Below, piece by piece: positions 37,016-46,613 of a stretch of 64,000 nt of DNA. Positions within the stretch are counted from its first letter, which is position 1. Every line of letters starts with the position of its first letter. This DNA is from a virus: the IMG/VR virus record IMGVR_UViG_3300031539_000009, positions 1 to 64,000 of that record; one strand, 5' to 3'. The translations under genes and the position numbers were made by a program. The notes under the pieces are model-generated. The model was not told the origin of the DNA and ran no database searches. It saw only the letters and a program-made list of their open reading frames with translations.

Positions 37016-37782
37016 TATTCCCCCTCCAACATTGTCGCCCAGGTGGATTGCGTCTTGGGCCTGAAACCTTCCGACATGAACGTCAAATGCTTCACCCTCT
37101 GCGTCAGGAGTGAGGCCAATGGCTTTCCATACTTTTCTTGAACTCCGGCAATGTCCATCTGGCTTATACACACAAAAGGCAGCCCGTTGGCTATTCTGGC
37201 CCGGAGCAATGTGTCCAGCTGGCTCCTAACATGGCCGCCGTCCTTGCCGGATTCCTTGCCCATCTCGTCAATTATCAGCACATCAATTTGCTCGATGTAT
37301 TCCAACTCCAAGATGGCATCTTTTTTAGCTTCCCCGCCGGACGTGACGACCTCCAGCCACCACCCGGATAGATTTTCAAGCACAACATAAAATGAACTCA
37401 TGCCTTGCTCGATGGCCGACACAGCCACGTAACACCCCGCCGTTGTTTTACCTGCGTCAACATTTCCAGACAGGAACATGTTCAAGCCGTTGTCTCTGGC
37501 ACGATCCAGGTGATTCACATACCTCTGGACAGCGTTGACGCTCATCTTGTTTCTCGTGCCAGAAAAATCAAATTTCAACACATCCCAATATTCATAAGGA
37601 ATCCCGGCCCGGATCATCTGGTGAATCCTGTTCCATTTCTTCACGCAGTCACATTCGCTTCCCTTGGGCGTGGCCTCTTTGAGATCACCAACGATCACCC
37701 CGGACCCGCCACAAATATGGCACCCTCCAACCATCTTGGCTCGGATGGCATATGACTTCGCATCTAATTTGTCAAAAATCAT
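37015..37782 (-). CDS. DnaC/IstB-like helicase loader ATPase
   Basis: CHICGGSG..CDC, GNVDAGKT, LIIDEMGKE. Confidence 0.85.
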   Translation of the reverse strand: MIFDKLDAKSYAIRAKMVGGCHICGGSGVIVGDLKEATPKGSECDCVKKWNRIHQMIRAGIPYEYWDVLKFDFSGTRNKMSVNAVQRYVNHLDRARDNGLNMFLSGNVDAGKTTAGCYVAVSAIEQGMSSFYVVLENLSGWWLEVVTSGGEAKKDAILELEYIEQIDVLIIDEMGKESGKDGGHVRSQLDTLLRARIANGLPFVCISQMDIAGVQEKYGKPLASLLTQRVKHLTFMSEGFRPKTQSTWATMLEGE

Positions 37783-38078
37783 TCCTGATCCCGCCGTCCA
37801 AAATGGATAACTTCATGCCCGCCCTTCCCGTCAGGCACAACCAACCCGGCTGGGGTGGACGGATAACGCTTGGCCAGCTTTTCCGCTTCCCGCTCTTTCA
37901 TCCGGTCATACACAATTGATATCGGCCAAATGAGGACCACGATCACGATCACGATCACTTTTGATGCCATGCTGGTCCGGTCCCAACCGTCACTTTTGCG
38001 CATGTAATTAACACCCACGATTCCGAACCTAACACCCACAAGAAAATATCCCAAAATCAACCAAGCATACCATGCCAT
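37779..38078 (-). CDS. Small membrane protein
   Basis: GGAGG RBS before ATG 38078; two TM segments. Confidence 0.7.
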   Translation of the reverse strand: MAWYAWLILGYFLVGVRFGIVGVNYMRKSDGWDRTSMASKVIVIVIVVLIWPISIVYDRMKEREAEKLAKRYPSTPAGLVVPDGKGGHEVIHFGRRDQE

Positions 38079-38094
38079 TTTTACACACCTCCAA

Positions 38095-38187
38095 ATTGCA
38101 TCGATGAATTCAAACTTTTCAGTCACTTATGCATACGCAACTGCACTCATTTTTTGTCCATTTTTGAATGTGATAACGTATGCACAA
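38095..38187. repeat. TGCA-phased intergenic element, copy D
   Basis: Units at 38097, 38109, 38118, 38130, 38142, 38157, 38181. Confidence 0.8.
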
Positions 38188-39369
38188 TCACATGTCCGGG
38201 CAACCATGTGCCATGGCATGTTTGACCGCAGCTTCAAGGTCAGGCTCGCAATCCGCCTCAATCCCGATCTTGCGCTGTCTTGCTATTGACTCCACAAACT
38301 TGATCTGGTCCCCGTCCAGGTCAAATCCGCCCTTTTTCAAAATGTCAGGCAATGCCGGATTTTTCAGGCCGGTCCTGAAGGCATCGCCAACTTTCGATGA
38401 CCCATCGCCCTTCCCTCTTTTCCTGAGTTGAAATTTCTGAATGTTCCCTTCCCGCAACAACCAATCCACTGGCGGAAATTCAACAGGCGACTTGTCCCAA
38501 TCCTGCAAATTGTTATAGGTCCAGGTGATGTACTCAACGAACTTGATATCATACTCATTACAGATCACGTACAACTGGGCAAATTGCTTGTAGGATTTTT
38601 CCCCCACAAAGAATTTTTTGCCACCCAACAACATTTCCCTGGCCTTTTTGTAAATGTTGGCATACATGCTTCCGACTTGTTTTTCAGCACTGGTCCTGAT
38701 TCCTTTGTCCGTTGACTTCAGCCGGACCAACCATGGTGTTTTCAAATCCAGCTTCTTTGGCTTTCCCGCCGTCTTGGGTTTTTCAGGCACGACCTCCAGC
38801 GGATCATGAAGCACTTTTGATCTTGTTGGAATGCGCTGCCCTTCCCCTGCTTTAGCTGGGGAAGGTATTATGTCTTCAGAAGATTTTGTTTTAATATTAA
38901 TACTTACGGCACCACTTTTTTGTGTCGTAACTGGTTGTTTTTTATGAGGTTTGGGTGGGTCCATTGGCATTTTTTGTGGTTCTTTCACTCTTTTAACTGG
39001 TTGTTTTTCAATAGGTTTTTTGTCACCACTCCCGCTCTTTATGTGGTCGCCTTTGGAATCTTTAATTTTTGCGTATGCCAATGTGGTGGTCGGCTGGAAT
39101 CCTGATTGGGATAGATCGGCCCCGCTTTTGGTGTCCTTGAACACCCCTTTTTCAGTCATGGATTTGACTATCTTGAGCGCATCGGCTTTTGTGGCACCTG
39201 TAAGATATTTTGACGCCTCCATGAGTGTAGCTTCCCCGTTGGACTTAATCTTACACAACACCATTAATAACTGGAACTCATGTGGGTCCAGAACCTCCAG
39301 CAACCTTGGCGTGTCTTTGGCCAACACATCCATGTTGAAATTGGATAGATCAAATTGTATTCCGGCCAT
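38188..39369 (-). CDS. Possible replication initiator (N-terminal wHTH-like, K/P-rich linker)
   Basis: Upstream of loader/helicase/primase; AT-rich linker DNA. Confidence 0.5.
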   Translation of the reverse strand: MAGIQFDLSNFNMDVLAKDTPRLLEVLDPHEFQLLMVLCKIKSNGEATLMEASKYLTGATKADALKIVKSMTEKGVFKDTKSGADLSQSGFQPTTTLAYAKIKDSKGDHIKSGSGDKKPIEKQPVKRVKEPQKMPMDPPKPHKKQPVTTQKSGAVSINIKTKSSEDIIPSPAKAGEGQRIPTRSKVLHDPLEVVPEKPKTAGKPKKLDLKTPWLVRLKSTDKGIRTSAEKQVGSMYANIYKKAREMLLGGKKFFVGEKSYKQFAQLYVICNEYDIKFVEYITWTYNNLQDWDKSPVEFPPVDWLLREGNIQKFQLRKRGKGDGSSKVGDAFRTGLKNPALPDILKKGGFDLDGDQIKFVESIARQRKIGIEADCEPDLEAAVKHAMAHGCPDM

Positions 39370-39371
39370 CC

Positions 39372-40811
39372 TTATAATCCCCCCTTGATGGCCGTCGCCG
39401 GATCAAACTTGGTGTAATCCTTAACCACACCCACCCTGAACGCCTTTTCTGCTCTGTAGGTCTTCAGGCGGGCAGCAGCTTGCTTGGCCATGTATCGGTT
39501 GTGGAAGTCAGCAAATTCAATCACAAGTGCTCCGGCTTTCCCCGGACACGGCGTCAGATTCCTCAAACGCTGTAGAGTGGATATGTCATCCGTGCCCCCT
39601 TCAGCGTTGATGACCACTTCGCACTCCGGTATGTCAACCGCTTCCCCGAACACAGTGCCAACCATTATCATGGTCTCACCGGCCCGGAATCGTGAAATGA
39701 TCTGTTGTCTATTCTTTGAGCTGACACTTCCATATATCATCTCGCACTTCATGTGCTTCGCCAACGTCTTCATGTGTTTGACTTGCGTCGTTTGTACCAA
39801 CGTCCTCAGCCCGGACTCAGCGCACTTTTGCGCTATTCTGATCACAGCTGAATTCCTGGCCTTATTCTCAACCACGGCTTTTTTGTACACGCCCGTCGCC
39901 CACTTCCCTTTGATTTGCTCCGCTCCAGCGTCCACAAAGAATATATGTGGACGGACCAAGTGACCGGCCAACATCAGGTCATCCATGAAAATCTCATATC
40001 CAATTGGACCCGTCGCCGCCCTGAGCCATATGGCCCCTTTGCTGTTTTCTTTTTCTGGGTTTACATCCACAGTCGCTGACAGGCCAATTTTGTAGTATGA
40101 TTCAAATCCACTAACTATCTGGCGCCAACGGTCCGCAGATTTCATATGGTGCACCTCATCGATGAAGGTGATGCCCATCTCGTTGGTGATTTCGCTCAAC
40201 TGTTTCGGACTCATCCGCATCAACGATTGAAGTGTGGCAACGGTCACATCTCCAGGGTCACACAACCCGTCGCCAATCGCCCCTATTTTCACGCCCAACA
40301 AGACGTTTTGGAACAAGGCAACAGTTTGCTTGAATAAAAGATCGGAATTCACCAGGAATATGGATTTGGTTTTCAACTTGTGGATAGCATAGGCAGCAGT
40401 CATTGTTTTCCCGGACCGAACAGGCATTTTGATCATAGCCTTTCCAGTTTGTAAGCCACGATCACAGAACATCGCCCGGACCGCCCCCAACTGATAATCT
40501 CGCAGCTCAGGACCGCCCCATTCAATATTCAGATTCCGGCTTGGATATTGTCGCCGGTCCAGGTATTCAGGCGTGAGATTGTGCTCTTGTATCACACCTT
40601 CAAGAATGGAAAAGACACCGGCGGGCAAGGTATAACCCAGCCGCCGGTTGTGCTTGAGCAATCTAATTTTGCCATCCCACTTCCCCTCTTTGAATGCGGG
40701 CGCAAAATAATATCCGCTCACATAATAGCTCATCACGTCATCCAACTCACGTATGAAGTTGGCATCAAATCCGGTGAGAACTATATTATTGTTATTGATG
40801 AATATTTTCAC
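39372..40811 (-). CDS. Superfamily 2 helicase (UvsW-like)
   Basis: LRDYQ, RSGKT, DEVH, SAT, GEAVDIP. Confidence 0.9.
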   Translation of the reverse strand: MKIFINNNNIVLTGFDANFIRELDDVMSYYVSGYYFAPAFKEGKWDGKIRLLKHNRRLGYTLPAGVFSILEGVIQEHNLTPEYLDRRQYPSRNLNIEWGGPELRDYQLGAVRAMFCDRGLQTGKAMIKMPVRSGKTMTAAYAIHKLKTKSIFLVNSDLLFKQTVALFQNVLLGVKIGAIGDGLCDPGDVTVATLQSLMRMSPKQLSEITNEMGITFIDEVHHMKSADRWRQIVSGFESYYKIGLSATVDVNPEKENSKGAIWLRAATGPIGYEIFMDDLMLAGHLVRPHIFFVDAGAEQIKGKWATGVYKKAVVENKARNSAVIRIAQKCAESGLRTLVQTTQVKHMKTLAKHMKCEMIYGSVSSKNRQQIISRFRAGETMIMVGTVFGEAVDIPECEVVINAEGGTDDISTLQRLRNLTPCPGKAGALVIEFADFHNRYMAKQAAARLKTYRAEKAFRVGVVKDYTKFDPATAIKGGL

Positions 40812-40865
40812 ATAACACTCCCTGTAGTCTTATTTGGCGGCCACCGATTAAACGGTGACTGGCCG

Positions 40866-41078
40866 CTATTCTTTGACAGACTTAGCAGGGAGTGATATGT
40901 CACCGTCCATGGCCATCTGGCGCATCACTTTGATTTTAGAGTGCAACTCAATTACAGAATTTGTCAACACTTCTTTGCAACTGGCGTTGTCCTTCCCTTC
41001 CGTTTCGCACTCTATTTTTTCCAGCTTATCGCCCTTGTCGTGCCCATTCCCTTTTTCCCTTTTCTTGAACAATTTCAT
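40866..41078 (-). CDS. Hypothetical protein
   Basis: GGAAGG RBS. Confidence 0.55.
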   Translation of the reverse strand: MKLFKKREKGNGHDKGDKLEKIECETEGKDNASCKEVLTNSVIELHSKIKVMRQMAMDGDISLPAKSVKE

Positions 41079-41106
41079 TTGTACAATTCCTTCCACCCTT
41101 GATTTA

Positions 41107-41310
41107 TCATTTGCTCAATTGGATGATCAGGTCAATAGTCTTTTTCAATTCATCAACAGCAGGGATGACTTGTTGGTATGCTTTCGTGCAGTCATCTTTC
41201 GCTTTTGTGTACTGGCGGAACATGTAAACAAGCCCGATTGTTTCCATGATTATCACACCAACCGCCAAGTTATTAATCAACAAATCTGATATGAATTTCC
41301 ACGTGTCCAA
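41107..41310 (-). CDS. Possible holin (single TM plus amphipathic helix)
   Basis: Size, hydrophobicity, lysis context. Confidence 0.45.
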   Translation of the reverse strand: MDTWKFISDLLINNLAVGVIIMETIGLVYMFRQYTKAKDDCTKAYQQVIPAVDELKKTIDLIIQLSK

Positions 41311-41344
41311 CTTATCACCCCCGCTATTCTTGGCTGATCTTTTG

Positions 41345-41782
41345 TCAGTCTAACTCCCCTGCCAACTTTACTGCTCCTGCCGTGACGATTATTCCCATGC
41401 CCAATCCGATCCACCTGTTGGTTTCAGGTCGGTCAATCCATCTCGGATTTGCCAGGGTGGCGGCCAACTCGTCACGCTCACGTTGGCATTCCCTGAGTTG
41501 CAAGAGCAAGGCTGTTTGGGTCTGTTCTAATTCCTGGGTGAGCATCTCATTCCTCAGCCTTTCCCGCTCCAACTCAACTTCCAATTGTAAATACTCGGTG
41601 AAGACATCTTCAGACACCAGGATTCCGCTGAAAGGTGCTGGTGTTCCTTCCATGATGGCCAGGATGCGTCCGGTGGTGATTTTGGTGCCATCGCCCTCAT
41701 CCGCATGAATCCCCATGGGCATGGACGACAAAAGCAGCAGGGCTGCCACTAGAATTGCGATTTGGCTGGTAAACCGTCTCAT
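41345..41782 (-). CDS. Exported coiled-coil protein with C-terminal TM, possible spanin-like lysis accessory
   Basis: Signal peptide, APFSGILV, coiled coil. Confidence 0.5.
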   Translation of the reverse strand: MRRFTSQIAILVAALLLLSSMPMGIHADEGDGTKITTGRILAIMEGTPAPFSGILVSEDVFTEYLQLEVELERERLRNEMLTQELEQTQTALLLQLRECQRERDELAATLANPRWIDRPETNRWIGLGMGIIVTAGAVKLAGELD

Positions 41783-42174
41783 GTTCCGTCCCCTTCCCTG
41801 TTTTTCCGCCGGTCCCGGAAAGCTTGGCCCAACTCCGCAAGTGAGTTCAGGCGTGTTTCTTCATCGTGGATTTTTTCGGCCTGGTCGATCTTTTCTTCAT
41901 CCTGGTCCAGCTTATCCATCTCAGGCTTGTGTTCCGCTTCCACCTTGTCGTGGATGTCTTTCACGGCCTTTTTGGCCTTTTTCACATGATTGGTCCGTTT
42001 GGGCGGAACATTTTGTGCCGGTCCGTCAGGCTCATCGGTGGCTTCATGGTACAGGATTGCCCCGATTATGGCCGATATCACAGCCACAGGAACATATTTG
42101 TTTTTCCAACACCACGCCCCGGCCACCTGAATGCCTTCCCATATCTTCTTGAGAACCAACATCACGGTAACCAT
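41779..42174 (-). CDS. Membrane-anchored coiled-coil protein, possible i-spanin
   Basis: N-terminal TM; follows endolysin. Confidence 0.5.
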   Translation of the reverse strand: MVTVMLVLKKIWEGIQVAGAWCWKNKYVPVAVISAIIGAILYHEATDEPDGPAQNVPPKRTNHVKKAKKAVKDIHDKVEAEHKPEMDKLDQDEEKIDQAEKIHDEETRLNSLAELGQAFRDRRKNREGDGT

Positions 42175-42177
42175 GAT

Positions 42178-43008
42178 TCACCTCGTGCCCATTCCGGCAA
42201 CCGCCGCCGCCGAAACAATCCGCCGCTCCACCTTTTCAGGTTGCTCGTCAGCCGGATAAAAGTTGATGAATCCCTTGAGTGAATGTTGGCTCATTTTACG
42301 CTTTCCCAGTTTGACCCGGTTGCCGCAGTTGCCCTCATCTGTGTTGAACTCGGTGCCATCTTCTGACACGCTGACCACAAATCCGGTGTGTCCCTTTCCG
42401 TTGGGCTTTCCGTCCTTGCCTTCATACAACATGATGAAGATGTCGCCGGGCAGTGGCGTGTAATCCTCTTTGTCCCTCCACCAGCCATTTTCTTTGGCTA
42501 TTTTGTGAAGATTCCGGCAAGCCGCTTCCCTTTCCTTTTTGAATGGCTTCATCCCTGTAGCCTTGTAGATGACCCAACACACGAACATGGCGCACCAGGC
42601 AGCTTTCCAACCGCCCGTGATTTCGTCCACGCCGTCGCCGCCATTGGACCCGTCTGGAATTTCACGGGTGTTGTTGGCATGATACTCCAGGGCCAAATCC
42701 AGGATGGTGGACCGGACCACGGTGGTGCCCATCGGTATAACTGCGCTGATTCCAGATTTTTGTGGTGCTCCGTGTGGATTCATCAAGGCCCACCACGTCT
42801 TTTCACCCACTTCGCCGTCCGGCTTCAACGGCTCTTTGTTCTTGTCGATGTGGCCGCCCTGAAATTCTTGAACGGCTGCTTCAGTCAGCCCACCAAAATC
42901 GCCGTCAACCTTACAGTCAGGGCAATCATAGTACCCATTTTGCTTGAGCAAATTCTGAAGGTGTGAAACCTCTGGGCCTTGGTCGCCCAGCTTCAATGTT
43001 TGCGCCAT
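42178..43008 (-). CDS. Endolysin: peptidoglycan-binding plus CHAP domain
   Basis: LKLGDQG..DGDFG..DGEVGEKTW; WCAMFV, GHTGFV, EGN. Confidence 0.9.
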   Translation of the reverse strand: MAQTLKLGDQGPEVSHLQNLLKQNGYYDCPDCKVDGDFGGLTEAAVQEFQGGHIDKNKEPLKPDGEVGEKTWWALMNPHGAPQKSGISAVIPMGTTVVRSTILDLALEYHANNTREIPDGSNGGDGVDEITGGWKAAWCAMFVCWVIYKATGMKPFKKEREAACRNLHKIAKENGWWRDKEDYTPLPGDIFIMLYEGKDGKPNGKGHTGFVVSVSEDGTEFNTDEGNCGNRVKLGKRKMSQHSLKGFINFYPADEQPEKVERRIVSAAAVAGMGTR

Positions 43009-43012
43009 TGCT

Positions 43013-43366
43013 TTATTCCCCCTTTTCACCGGGCATTTCGCTTGGGTTTGCCACCGTTTTCAATTCCACGGGTTGGGCCGGACCGCCTTCAGATGCGTGC
43101 TTTGATCCGAACAAGTTGACCAACTCGGATAACTCCTGGGCACGACCAATCAATGATTGGGCATCAGCTTTCATCTTCTTCAGCTCATTTTCGGCACGTT
43201 GGATGTTTCCGCCCGCTTCCTGGACTTGCCTCATTACAACTTCATGCTTCTCCAGGAGCAACTTGACCGTCGGGTCATCTACCTTCCCGGCCTTGATGTT
43301 GTTGACATACTCGTTGATGTCCAACACTTTCCCTGTTTCCTTCACTGTTTCTTTTCTGTCGCTCAT
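43013..43366 (-). CDS. Coiled-coil hypothetical protein
   Basis: GGAGG RBS. Confidence 0.7.
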   Translation of the reverse strand: MSDRKETVKETGKVLDINEYVNNIKAGKVDDPTVKLLLEKHEVVMRQVQEAGGNIQRAENELKKMKADAQSLIGRAQELSELVNLFGSKHASEGGPAQPVELKTVANPSEMPGEKGE

Positions 43367-43417
43367 CTTTTCACCTCCAAATTATTTTGCGATTGTTTAT
43401 TTATTTGGGATTCAACC

Positions 43418-46400
43418 TTAAACCGTTGGCGCATAATTTGTATATTGTATCAAGTGCGCCACACCTCTCAAGACAAAGTTGGAAGCAACTTCAAAAGCTG
43501 CCGCCCCATAAATTTCAAGGCGATACAACTGGCCAATGTTGGAATGGGAAGGTATGCTGCCCCAAGATCCAAAAATCCAGGTGTTACTCGTGTAAGGGCA
43601 GTACACATTCCCGCTATCATACAGCACTGTCGAACCAGCTGACGTCCCATTTTTCAGAATCCACCTCAAATATTTGGAGCCACCAGCTGACCAATATCCA
43701 TACGCATACGGCCTGAAATTTGCAAAGAATGAGGAATCAGCCTGAAGCATGATAACCGCAACATGATATGCGTTTGTAGGACTTCCGTTGGGGACTGTGA
43801 CCCTGTATTGGAATGGATACCTTCCATTGGGGTCAATCACAACAGCATCATTCCCTAATTCTGAATTGACAATTTCACCATGCTTTGTGTACACGGTTGG
43901 CGGAAGTACAGATTGGTTGTCCACATAATTTTTTGTAGCCAAGTCTTGCGAATAAACCGGGTCAAGGAATCCTTGGCACTTGGTCACGCCGCCTCCATTG
44001 AGGTGCATGTTGGTGAAGTTGTAATATAGGGCCAACTGTGGCGTGTCATCGTACAACTCAAACTGATTCCCTGTGAATACAACACGTGCCCAGTTGCCAC
44101 TTGGGGTGTCGTGGAATGTCATCATGGGTTGATCGCCATAAAAATCCCATTCCAACCCCGGTGCCCCGGCAACCAACGGATCAGTGAATTGTGAAGCATC
44201 AATTCCAAATCTGGCCGAACCTGATTGGAATATTCTCCACCCATTGATCCCGTTTGTAGGACTGTCCAAATATGATTCCAAGGACAGTGCACCGCCTTTG
44301 GTTCCATAAATGGCCGTGTCATACCACGTGGCGCTGATTCCTGATTCCGCCCCGCCTGGGAATCCGGTTGCGATTTGCATTGTTGAATTTCCGCTCGGTG
44401 TGCTTGTGTACCACCCATTATTCCCCAAAGTTGATCCAGTGATATGGATGAGAATTTGTCTTGAAGGGCTGTTTGGGAATGAGTCATAATAATCACTCCA
44501 ATCATCCCCTGATACGATGTTGATGTTGTTGAAGACTCCTGTGGTCAAATTCACAGTCACAGGGTGAGCTTCACGATTGAAAGCAACTGCCCCAGCATCC
44601 ACGATGATTTCACGCCCCAAACCGGCCCCGCCAGCATCATAGTTGAAGTCAAGCGAACCTGATGAAAGTGTTTCGTTGAGCATTCCGATCAAGGTGGTGG
44701 CCGAACCATTGTATGTATTGTCCACTGCCGCCGGTCCTGAAAGTGGAAGCGGACTTGGACCAACCAAATTGAAATCGTCAAACGATAATGCGCCACTAAG
44801 GGCACTTAATGTCCCCCCGCCTGCACCATCCATGTAGATGTTGTCACTTGTCGTGATACGGTCGCTGGCCGTGATGCGCCTGGACACCTGCAAATCCGCT
44901 TCGCCCGCCCCTGCGTTGCCAAACCTCCAAGTCACATTCCCTGCGTTATCGCCCTGAAAATCGAATATTGTGGCTGATGTTCTCGACATGGTGAATATGT
45001 CAGGCGAAAATGTACCAAATTGTAATCCTTCGCCGCCATCAGCAATCTCCAGCCCACCGGTCATTCTCAAAATGTCGCCTGTGATGATCAAACGACCTAT
45101 TCCTGGATTCTTTTGGAATTGATAATACACATCGTTGGCACCGTTCGTTGTGTGGCTGAAAACCGCATTGGTTACCCCAGCTGACATTTCAAGCTTTTCC
45201 CCGCTTCCAAACAAATCATGTATCCTGAACAAACCGTTGTACAGAGACAAGCCACCGTCGATTCCGCCGGTGACCGTGACCCGGTCCGCTGCGTCATCCC
45301 CCAGATATGAATTGCCGGCCACATATAAGTCTTGTCCAACGTGAACATCCTTGTCAAAATCAGCCCGGAGCACGTGGCCATAGAATCGGTCCACGGTGTT
45401 GTCATCGCCCGCCGTCAAGTCACCTTCAACGGTCAAATCACCCTCGATGATCGTGGACTCCATGATGTACTCGGTGCCCTGGACATACAGGTCTTGAAAT
45501 TGCGCATTTCCATCGCCGTCGATCCAAGCCCGGACCGCCGCCAAGTCATCCTTGATCTCAACCTTGTGATTGGCTTTATCCGCCGCATCAAATGCCTGGA
45601 TGTTTAACTGTAGACCGGATTGAATATTGAAGTCCACGGTGTCCGGGTGGATGTCGGAGTGGCGGCCATAATCTGTGGAATCATGAGGATAATGTTCCAC
45701 GTCCATTATTGTTTGCAATGCGTGATCCAGATTAGGCAGCCCGTCGCCATCGAAGTGTGGCGTTGTGTACATGTCTTGGTAGATAGTCCACAGGTCATTT
45801 ATTCCGACACCAGGGGTGGACAAATAGATGTTTTGCCCGGTGATGTCAAACACCGTGGGAGTGGTCCCGGCCCCGGACCCGGTGACGGTCCCCAGAAAGG
45901 TGTAGTCAGGGTCAGTTGAAAGATCGGTGTTGCGTTTGACCGTTGGACCCTCGGTGTAACCAATGTAATCAGTCTCGTCAACCGATGGCGTTATTTGCCC
46001 CATGTACGTTGAGACCACATAGTTGTTGGAACCATCCCACTGAACAACCAGGTCTTCATAAGCTGCCGCCAAGCTGACAGGCTCTTTCAACTTGATCCTG
46101 CAAATGCGCCCGCTATGATTCACGCCCGCTTCCAGAATGGTATCAAGCACGATCTTGAGTTGGTCTGATCCCAGGTCAGCAACGCTATCAGGGTCACCGG
46201 ATTCCCCCACAGATTGGCGCCAAGTGTCAGCCTCCACCCTTCCGTTGCGGACGTTCAACTGCATTTGATCTGGAATTTCCAAGAATTTCAACCCAATGTA
46301 ATATGGGATTGCGGACTCATTCTCAAATGGCACCTGCTCGAACACCCCAACGTCGCCGGAATCCGCTGCCAGCTTCCTGGTGCCACCGTCCATCACCATT

Positions 46401-46609
46401 ACCACGTTGAAAGGCAGGGTGATATCGAATGAATCATTGCCGGATGCCCCCAACGGAATAGCAGCCCCCAAGCAACCCTGTCCAGGGAATATGCTGGCGT
46501 ACAGGCTGTCCATCCCCGCCGTGAGGAATCCCAGGAAGTTCACTCTCATCTGCGTGTCTGGTATGAACTTCTTGTTGTAAATCCCAATTTTTTCGCTTCC
46601 GTAATCCAT
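43418..46609 (-). CDS. Tail fibre / receptor-binding protein
   Basis: ~1060 aa, G/S/T/N-rich, GDLTVEGDL repeats, DLATKNYVD motif; follows baseplate genes. Confidence 0.8.
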   Translation of the reverse strand: MDYGSEKIGIYNKKFIPDTQMRVNFLGFLTAGMDSLYASIFPGQGCLGAAIPLGASGNDSFDITLPFNVVMVMDGGTRKLAADSGDVGVFEQVPFENESAIPYYIGLKFLEIPDQMQLNVRNGRVEADTWRQSVGESGDPDSVADLGSDQLKIVLDTILEAGVNHSGRICRIKLKEPVSLAAAYEDLVVQWDGSNNYVVSTYMGQITPSVDETDYIGYTEGPTVKRNTDLSTDPDYTFLGTVTGSGAGTTPTVFDITGQNIYLSTPGVGINDLWTIYQDMYTTPHFDGDGLPNLDHALQTIMDVEHYPHDSTDYGRHSDIHPDTVDFNIQSGLQLNIQAFDAADKANHKVEIKDDLAAVRAWIDGDGNAQFQDLYVQGTEYIMESTIIEGDLTVEGDLTAGDDNTVDRFYGHVLRADFDKDVHVGQDLYVAGNSYLGDDAADRVTVTGGIDGGLSLYNGLFRIHDLFGSGEKLEMSAGVTNAVFSHTTNGANDVYYQFQKNPGIGRLIITGDILRMTGGLEIADGGEGLQFGTFSPDIFTMSRTSATIFDFQGDNAGNVTWRFGNAGAGEADLQVSRRITASDRITTSDNIYMDGAGGGTLSALSGALSFDDFNLVGPSPLPLSGPAAVDNTYNGSATTLIGMLNETLSSGSLDFNYDAGGAGLGREIIVDAGAVAFNREAHPVTVNLTTGVFNNINIVSGDDWSDYYDSFPNSPSRQILIHITGSTLGNNGWYTSTPSGNSTMQIATGFPGGAESGISATWYDTAIYGTKGGALSLESYLDSPTNGINGWRIFQSGSARFGIDASQFTDPLVAGAPGLEWDFYGDQPMMTFHDTPSGNWARVVFTGNQFELYDDTPQLALYYNFTNMHLNGGGVTKCQGFLDPVYSQDLATKNYVDNQSVLPPTVYTKHGEIVNSELGNDAVVIDPNGRYPFQYRVTVPNGSPTNAYHVAVIMLQADSSFFANFRPYAYGYWSAGGSKYLRWILKNGTSAGSTVLYDSGNVYCPYTSNTWIFGSWGSIPSHSNIGQLYRLEIYGAAAFEVASNFVLRGVAHLIQYTNYAPTV

Positions 46610-46613
46610 GTTA

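Noticed and set aside
43418-46609. Diversity-generating retroelement target
   Set aside because: No reverse transcriptase or template repeat in the window.
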